Assembly (NCBI GenBank): GCA_038152725.1
Contig: JAYOXJ010000001.1
Location: 1 to 39,681, forward strand
DNA from: Rhodospirillaceae bacterium
GTDB lineage: Bacteria; Pseudomonadota; Alphaproteobacteria; Rhodospirillales; Casp-alpha2
Direction of reading: 5' to 3'
Length of the DNA stretch: 39,681 nt
Shown: positions 35,101 to 39,681 of the stretch, piece by piece
Layout of the letters: each line of letters opens with the position of its first letter
How positions within the stretch are numbered: position 1 is the stretch's first letter
Program-made: the position numbers and the translations under genes
Notes under the pieces: model-generated
What the model was told of the DNA's origin: nothing
The model's database searches: none
Seen by the model: the letters and a program-made list of their open reading frames with translations, nothing else

Positions 35101-35648
35101 TGCGCTCACCACTGGCCGACAACGATGCCGGACGCTTCCGCCGCGGCCGTCTGGTGCACACATTGTTGCAGACCCTGCCCGAACTGGCGCCGGAACGGCG
35201 CCGGGATGCGGCACTTCGCTACCTCGCACTCCCCGGTCACGACCTGAGCGAGACCGAAGCGGCCGCCATTTCCGCCGAAACCCTGGCGGTCATCGAGGAC
35301 CCTGCCTTCGCCGCCCTGTTCGGCCCCGGCAGCCGCGCCGAGGTGCCGCTGGTCGGCAGCCTGACCAACGCCGAGGGCACGCCGGTGGTGGTTTCCGGCC
35401 AGATCGACCGGCTTCTGGTACGCGATGACGAGGTCCTGGTGGTCGATTTCAAGACAAACCGACCCCCGCCGGCCGACGAATCGGGCGTCGCCGAGGTCTA
35501 TCTCCGCCAGATGGCGACCTATCGAGCACTGCTCGCCCAGATCTATCCGGATCGTCCGGTGCGCGCGGCACTGGTTTGGACCGACGAACCGCGGCTGATG
35601 GCGCTTTCGGGCACCCTGCTCGACCGCCATTCGCCCGCCGGGGCATGA
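32163..35648 (+). CDS. addA: Double-strand break repair helicase-nuclease AddA (UvrD/Rep superfamily 1 helicase with C-terminal nuclease)
   Basis: SANAGTGKTRVL Walker A, ILVDEAQDTSP (motif II) and MTTHGAKGLQARIVFL with VAMTRAEDRLYV (motifs V/VI). A C-terminal nuclease block GQIDRLLVRDDEVLVVDFKT is present. The ATG overlaps the addB stop (ATGA). Confidence 0.9.
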   Translation: MSEARTPAARDPKAQGITAQVTAAGPAASSWVSANAGTGKTRVLVDRISRLLLAGTPAAKILCLTFTKAAAAEMANRVNDRLGHWAALDDDALAKELAALFGRPATSDERARAPKLFAETIEAPEGLRIRTIHSFCESLLGRFPLESGLAPHFAVIDERRAAELREIARDRVLGRAGDDDTLAQALDHLAGMVDEEGFAKVMAELDAARHRLAAMIATVGGVAELVIAGRRQLDLGDNETRGHALANASADGAFDELGLHRAAQALDGGTAKDAGRAGQIRAWLERDPQARAAAFVADYTTIYLTQKLEPRAQSTLITKKVAEADPGALDVLLAEQERVAAVIGRLKAVAVAENTEALLTVGAALLEQYERLKRERAMVDYDDLIGKAGELLGDPGDVSWVHYKLDGGIDHILVDEAQDTSPRQWTVIRSLAGDFFAGRGRETDRPRTMFAVGDEKQSIYSFQGADPALFGATGQSLAEGARAVGGQWNRVEMALSWRSVPAVLQAVDAVFSRAAAADGLSWDDRPIRHLPSRTEDAGLVELWAPMREVPADDDTPWDAPLDELAPGDPEVRLAEKIADTVQGWITGNVPLESQGRPIRAGDVLILVRSRGVFTEEMVRALKDRDIPVAGRDRIVLADHLAVMDMIAAGRFALLPDDDLNTAVVLKGPFVEMNEEQLFQLAHGRKRGLWAELRARRTENPAFAHAAERLDSFLARADVMPPFEFFAALLASGGAESLAAHLGPEAADPVAEFIALTLDFERDHVPSLEAFLDWVERGETEVKRDLEQGGGEVRVMTTHGAKGLQARIVFLADTCSLPAAQLEAKVRWGEAAPGSNEPGFVLWPGFKDNEEAVSAAIAEAEREATLREYRRLLYVAMTRAEDRLYVCGWQGKNDLDERCWHRLVEEGLKTLDTVERLPAEDDGAVMLRLLSKQKTPPKASEEETPSATDAELQVWARTPAPPEPAPTRPLSPSRPETEPPVRSPLADNDAGRFRRGRLVHTLLQTLPELAPERRRDAALRYLALPGHDLSETEAAAISAETLAVIEDPAFAALFGPGSRAEVPLVGSLTNAEGTPVVVSGQIDRLLVRDDEVLVVDFKTNRPPPADESGVAEVYLRQMATYRALLAQIYPDRPVRAALVWTDEPRLMALSGTLLDRHSPAGA

Positions 35649-35666
35649 GAAACCGCCAGCGTCACC

Positions 35667-35695
35667 TTGACCTCGGCGCCTCGCCTGCCTAGATT
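35667..35695 (+). promoter_or_regulatory. Candidate sigma70-type promoter for trxA (TTGACC-N17-TAGATT)
   Basis: TTGACC at 35667-35672 and TAGATT at 35690-35695, with exactly 17 nt between them. It lies about 50 nt upstream of the trxA ATG, in the gap after addA. Confidence 0.4.
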
Positions 35696-35747
35696 TTCAG
35701 GTACCGGAAATTCCCGTCCAATCACCCCACGACACAGGATCGATCCC

Positions 35748-36065
35748 ATGCCCAAACAGGTCACCGACGACTCTTTCGACAGCGACGTTCTCAAGGCCGA
35801 CGGCCCCGTGCTGGTCGATTTCTGGGCGGAATGGTGCGGCCCGTGCAAGCAGATCGCGCCGGCGCTGGACGACCTCGACAAGGCCATGGGCGACCGCGTC
35901 ACGGTGGCCAAGGTCAACATCGACGACAATCCGATGACGCCGTCCAAATACGGCGTGCGCGGTATCCCGACGCTGATCCTGTTCAAGGGTGGCCAGGTCG
36001 CCGCGACCAAGGTCGGCGCCATCCCGGCCAGTATGCTGAAGAGTTGGGTCGAGGAAAACATCTGA
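35748..36065 (+). CDS. trxA: Thioredoxin
   Basis: 105 aa with [14 protein letters not shown] active site and [11 protein letters not shown]. Confidence 0.95.
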   Translation: MPKQVTDDSFDSDVLKADGPVLVDFWAEWCGPCKQIAPALDDLDKAMGDRVTVAKVNIDDNPMTPSKYGVRGIPTLILFKGGQVAATKVGAIPASMLKSWVEENI

Positions 36066-36114
36066 CGCGGCACCGCCGCATCGGGGCCTGAGCGTTTTCG
36101 ACAAGTGAGATTGC

Positions 36115-36885
36115 ATGAGCGTCCTCGAAATCCATCAGGTCCCGGTCCTCACCGACAACTACGTCTATCTCGCCCACGATGCCGAGACGGGTGCCACCGG
36201 CGTGGTCGATCCGGCGGTGGTCGATCCGGTGCTGGCCGCCGCCGACGCCAAGGGCTGGAAAATCACCCATATCCTCAACACCCACCACCACGGCGACCAC
36301 ACCGGCGGCAACCTGGAGATCAAGAGCCGTACCGGCTGCACCATCGTTGGCCCGCGCGCCGACCGGGACCGGATACCCGGCATCGACGTCGAGGTTGGCC
36401 AGGGCGACAGCTACGCGCTCGGCAACGCCGAGGCCAAGGTGTTCGACGTGCCCGGCCACACCCGCGGCCACATCGCCTATTGGTTCGGCGCCTCGGATGC
36501 GCTGTTCTGCGGCGACACGCTGTTCGCCATGGGCTGCGGCCGGCTGTTCGAGGGATCGGCCGAGCAGATGTGGACGTCGCTATCCAAGCTGATCGATCTG
36601 CCGGACCAGACCCGCGTCTATTGCGCGCACGAATACACGCTTTCCAACGGCGAGTTCGCATTGAGCGTCGAGCCCGACAATGCGGACCTCGTGCGCCGGG
36701 TCGAGAAGGTACGCCAGATGCGGCGCGACCGGCTGCCGACGGTGCCTTCGACCATGGCCGAGGAACGCGCCACCAACCCGTTCCTGCGCCCGACCAGCCG
36801 CCACCTGCAGGAGACCGTCGGCCTCATCGGCGCCGACCCGGTCCGGGTGTTCGCCGAAACGCGAACCCGTAAAGACAACTTCTGA
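36115..36885 (+). CDS. gloB: Hydroxyacylglutathione hydrolase (glyoxalase II)
   Basis: 256 aa with THHHGDHTGG metallo-beta-lactamase motif, PGHTRGHI, CAHEYT and NPFLR, the typical GloB pattern. Confidence 0.9.
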   Translation: MSVLEIHQVPVLTDNYVYLAHDAETGATGVVDPAVVDPVLAAADAKGWKITHILNTHHHGDHTGGNLEIKSRTGCTIVGPRADRDRIPGIDVEVGQGDSYALGNAEAKVFDVPGHTRGHIAYWFGASDALFCGDTLFAMGCGRLFEGSAEQMWTSLSKLIDLPDQTRVYCAHEYTLSNGEFALSVEPDNADLVRRVEKVRQMRRDRLPTVPSTMAEERATNPFLRPTSRHLQETVGLIGADPVRVFAETRTRKDNF

Positions 36886-36915
36886 AATTTTGAAAAAAAG
36901 GTTCCGGCGCGCCCG

Positions 36916-37959
36916 TCAGGCGGCGCCGCTGCCGGCCGCCTCTTCCTGCTCTTCGTCCTCGGCCTTATCCTCGTCTTCGTCCTCGTCTTCCTCTTCGTCG
37001 TTCTCCTCCTCCTCTTCGACCAGGGCGCCGACGGCGCGGAGGATTGCGGGATCGGGCTTGTCGGCCGGGTAGATGCCTTTGGCAATCAGTGCCGCCCAGA
37101 CGTGGGCCAGCGCGCCTTCCGCGATCTCCTCGCGGCGCGCGTAGTTTTCCAGCCAGAACTGGATTTCGTAGACGCTGACCCAGGTACCGGGATGACGCTC
37201 GACGCCCTTGAATCGTACTTCGCGTTCCGGCGAATCGAGGATGTTGGGTGCCGCGCCCAGCCCCTGCTCCATGATGTCGGCCGTCTCCATCAGCGGATAC
37301 TTGGCGTCCAGCACCACCGGCAGCTCCAGGCGTACGGCGTTGAAGGAGTTGAAATTGTGCACCTGCGCTTCCGAAACCTTGGCGTTGGGGATCGAGATGA
37401 CGTAGCCGTTGCGCACCTTGACCCGCACCGTACGCCAGGTGATGTCGACGACGCGGCCCTCCTCGAGATTGCCGATCCGCACCCAGTCGCCGACGTTGAA
37501 CGGCCGCTCCATGTTGATGACGATACCGGAGAAGATGTTCGAGATGTTGGCCTGGACGGCCAGACCGATGATCATGGCCAAGAGGCCGGTGGACGCCAGG
37601 ATACTGGTCAGCGTCTGGTCGAAGACGAAGGCGATGACGCCGCAGATGGCGAGCGAATAGATGGTGACCGAGGCGAACACCCGGATCACGTTCGGGATGT
37701 TGCGCTCGGTGTGATCTTCGAGCGGCACCCAGATGAAGCGTTCCGCCGTCAGTCCGACCAGCCTGGCCGGCACCAACCACCAGAGCGTGTCGTAGACCAG
37801 GATGACGATGCGGATGTAGTGGTCGAGCAGGTTCTGGAAGGCGAGATCGATGGCGAGGTTGCCGCCGGCCAGCAGCAATAGCGGCCACGACACCAGCCGC
37901 AGGAACCACGACTGCGCCGTGCACCAGTTCGATCCTGACTTCCGGACCGAGCGGACCAA
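36916..37959 (-). CDS. Mechanosensitive ion channel family protein (MscS-like) with a polyacidic C-terminal tail; start codon uncertain
   Basis: MscS core GLLAMIIGLAVQANISNIFSGIVINMERPFNVGDWVRIGNLEEGRVVDITWRTVRVKV. No ATG is available downstream of the fccA-overlapping part of the ORF. Candidate starts are the TTG at 37959 and the GTG at 37893, and neither has a clear SD. Confidence 0.7.
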   Translation of the reverse strand: MVRSVRKSGSNWCTAQSWFLRLVSWPLLLLAGGNLAIDLAFQNLLDHYIRIVILVYDTLWWLVPARLVGLTAERFIWVPLEDHTERNIPNVIRVFASVTIYSLAICGVIAFVFDQTLTSILASTGLLAMIIGLAVQANISNIFSGIVINMERPFNVGDWVRIGNLEEGRVVDITWRTVRVKVRNGYVISIPNAKVSEAQVHNFNSFNAVRLELPVVLDAKYPLMETADIMEQGLGAAPNILDSPEREVRFKGVERHPGTWVSVYEIQFWLENYARREEIAEGALAHVWAALIAKGIYPADKPDPAILRAVGALVEEEEENDEEEDEDEDEDKAEDEEQEEAAGSGAA

Positions 37960-38062
37960 AATTGTACAATGTTTTTGTGTTGAATAAAAAATCCAGTTGG
38001 AGGAGAGTTGTGGGCATAAGGCAACGATTGGCCATAAGCACGGCCACTCATGGGAGGACCAA

Positions 38063-38386
38063 ATGCAACACCGTAAGTCAATGCTGCTGGGCGCAGTATC
38101 GCTCGGCATGATTCTATCGACCGGCGCCTTGCCGGGCAGCGCCGCCGCCGACACGCCGTCGTCTGTCGTGCTCGCCAATACATGCTTCTCTTGCCACGGA
38201 ACCGACGGCCACAGCGCTGGCGCCATGCCGACGCTCAACGGCAAGCCGGCGAAGCTGATCGAGATCGCCCTCAAGGCGTTCCGCGACGGTAAGAAGGAAT
38301 CGACCGTCATGATGCGCATCGCCAAGGGTTTCGACGATGCCGAGATCAAGGCCTTGGCGGAATACTTCGCCAAGAACCCGAACTGA
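38063..38386 (+). CDS. Monohaem cytochrome c subunit (flavocytochrome c sulfide dehydrogenase small subunit, FccA-like)
   Basis: 107 aa with signal peptide MQHRKSMLLGAVSLGMILSTGALPGSAAA and a single CFSCHG haem motif. GGGAGGA lies upstream. An FccB-like flavoprotein gene follows 11 nt later. Confidence 0.8.
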   Translation: MQHRKSMLLGAVSLGMILSTGALPGSAAADTPSSVVLANTCFSCHGTDGHSAGAMPTLNGKPAKLIEIALKAFRDGKKESTVMMRIAKGFDDAEIKALAEYFAKNPN

Positions 38387-38397
38387 GGGAGGCGGTC

Positions 38398-39678
38398 ATG
38401 AGCAACATTTCCAGACGCACTTTCAACCGCATCCTCGGCGGCGCCGGTGCCGCCGCGGCGGCCACGCTGGCCGCACCGGGCATTGTCCGCGCGGCGGGCG
38501 CCAAGGTGGTCGTCATCGGCGGCGGGTTCGGCGGCGCGACAGCGGCCAAATACTTGAAGCGGTTCGACAAGTCCATCGACGTGACCCTGGTCGAGCCGAA
38601 CACGCAGTTCATCACTTGCCCGTTCTCCAACACGGTGATCGGTGGGCTCAACCCGATGTCGTTCATCACCCAGAACTACAACGCGCTAAAGGCACAAGGC
38701 GTCAAGGTCGTGCATGACCTTGCGGTCAGCGTCGATGGGGCGAAGCGCCAGGTGCGCCTCGCGCAAGGCGCCACGCTGCCCTTCGACCGCTGCATCGTAT
38801 CGCCGGGCATCGACTTCCGCTGGGGTGCCATCGAAGGCTCGACCGAAGAGATCACCACCCGCATCCCGCACGCATGGAAGGCCGGTCCGCAGACCGTGCT
38901 GCTCAAGAACCAGTTGCAGGTCATGCCGGACGGCGGCGTCTTCGTCATGGTCGCACCGCCCAACCCGTTCCGCTGTCCGCCGGGGCCGGGCGAGCGCATC
39001 AGCCTGATCGCCAACTTTTTCAAGACGCACAAGCCGAAATCGAAAATCCTGGTGCTCGATCCGAAGAAGTCGTTCTCCAAGCAGGGCCTGTTCAAGGAAG
39101 GCTGGGCCAAGCTTTATCCGGGAATGATCGAGTACAAGAACATCGACAACGACGGTGTGGTGCGCCGCGTCAACGCCGCCCAGAAGACGCTGTACACCGA
39201 CTTCGGCGAATACAAGGGCGACGTCATCAACCTGATCCCGGCACAAAAGGCCGCGGCCATCGCCGCGAATTCGGGCCTCGCCGACCAGACCGGCTGGTGT
39301 CCGGTCGATCAGCGTACCTTCGAGTCGACCCTGCAGAAGGGGGTGCACGTGATCGGCGACGCCTCGATCGCGGCGCCGATGCCGAAGTCGGGCTTCTCCG
39401 CCTCGACCCAGGCGAAAGTCACCGCCGCGGCCATCGCCGCGCTGCTCAAGGGCGAGACGCCGGGAACGCCGAAGTTCGTCAATACCTGCTACAGCCTGGT
39501 GGGGCCGGAGTACGGTATATCCATCGCCGCCGTCTATAACGTCCAGGACGGCAAGATCGTCGCCGTCAAGGGCGCCGGCGGACTCAGCCCGACCGGGGCC
39601 AGCGATGAGTTCCATCAGCAAGAAGCGCTCTACGCCGACGGCTGGTACCGCTCCATCAGCACCGACATCTGGGGCTGA
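38398..39678 (+). CDS. Sulfide dehydrogenase [flavocytochrome c] flavoprotein subunit (FccB/SoxF-like), Tat-exported
   Basis: Twin-arginine signal SRRTFNRILGGAGAAAAATLAAPGIVRA followed by KVVVIGGGFGGATAAKY. Length is 426 aa, with GGGAGG upstream. The stop is at 39676-39678. Confidence 0.85.
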   Translation: MSNISRRTFNRILGGAGAAAAATLAAPGIVRAAGAKVVVIGGGFGGATAAKYLKRFDKSIDVTLVEPNTQFITCPFSNTVIGGLNPMSFITQNYNALKAQGVKVVHDLAVSVDGAKRQVRLAQGATLPFDRCIVSPGIDFRWGAIEGSTEEITTRIPHAWKAGPQTVLLKNQLQVMPDGGVFVMVAPPNPFRCPPGPGERISLIANFFKTHKPKSKILVLDPKKSFSKQGLFKEGWAKLYPGMIEYKNIDNDGVVRRVNAAQKTLYTDFGEYKGDVINLIPAQKAAAIAANSGLADQTGWCPVDQRTFESTLQKGVHVIGDASIAAPMPKSGFSASTQAKVTAAAIAALLKGETPGTPKFVNTCYSLVGPEYGISIAAVYNVQDGKIVAVKGAGGLSPTGASDEFHQQEALYADGWYRSISTDIWG

Positions 39679-39681
39679 TCG

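Noticed and set aside
1-39681. Whole-window scan for CRISPR-like spaced direct repeats, rRNA, and recognisable defence modules (RM, TA, Abi, CBASS, retron-type architectures)
   Set aside because: I noticed no regularly spaced repeats or rRNA-like segments. Every ORF of credible coding character could be assigned to metabolic, transport, envelope or housekeeping families, or to the few unknowns reported above. A computational repeat and HMM search would be needed to make this negative result firm.

Overview
GC-rich, alphaproteobacterial-type chromosomal window. I saw no rRNA, tRNA or CRISPR array. It falls into three parts.

(1) About 1-13.4 kb looks like the right-hand part of an integrase-bounded catabolic island. 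It carries a truncated IS transposase, a PuuB/OrdL-like FAD oxidase, a LysR regulator and a TAXI-type TRAP transporter. Five translationally coupled redox genes follow: a DadA-like gene, a DAO-type beta gene, a 2Fe-2S gamma gene, an HcnB/OoxA-like alpha gene and a second DAO-type beta gene. A P4-type tyrosine integrase closes the region.

(2) About 13.5-26.8 kb holds accessory or miscellaneous genes. These are an IlvD/Edd sugar-acid dehydratase, an ABC-2-like permease whose ATPase partner is visibly decayed, an orphan response regulator, a two-subunit Fe-S hydro-lyase (fumarase/tartrate dehydratase type) and an MscK-like channel. They are followed by two orphan TadE-like pseudopilins and a tightly packed operon of TrxR-type ferredoxin-NADP reductase, dihaem cytochrome c and a class V PLP enzyme.

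(3) About 26.9-39.7 kb is housekeeping: tsaE, an AmgK-like kinase, a MurU-like nucleotidyltransferase, addB, addA, trxA and gloB, then an MscS-like channel and fccAB-like sulfide dehydrogenase genes.

I do not see a recognisable phage-defence or toxin-type system. The best candidates for undescribed biology are the island-borne multi-flavoprotein cluster with two beta paralogues fed by a TAXI-TRAP transporter, and the FNR/cytochrome c/PLP-enzyme operon. All functional calls come from motif recognition by eye. No database search was run.
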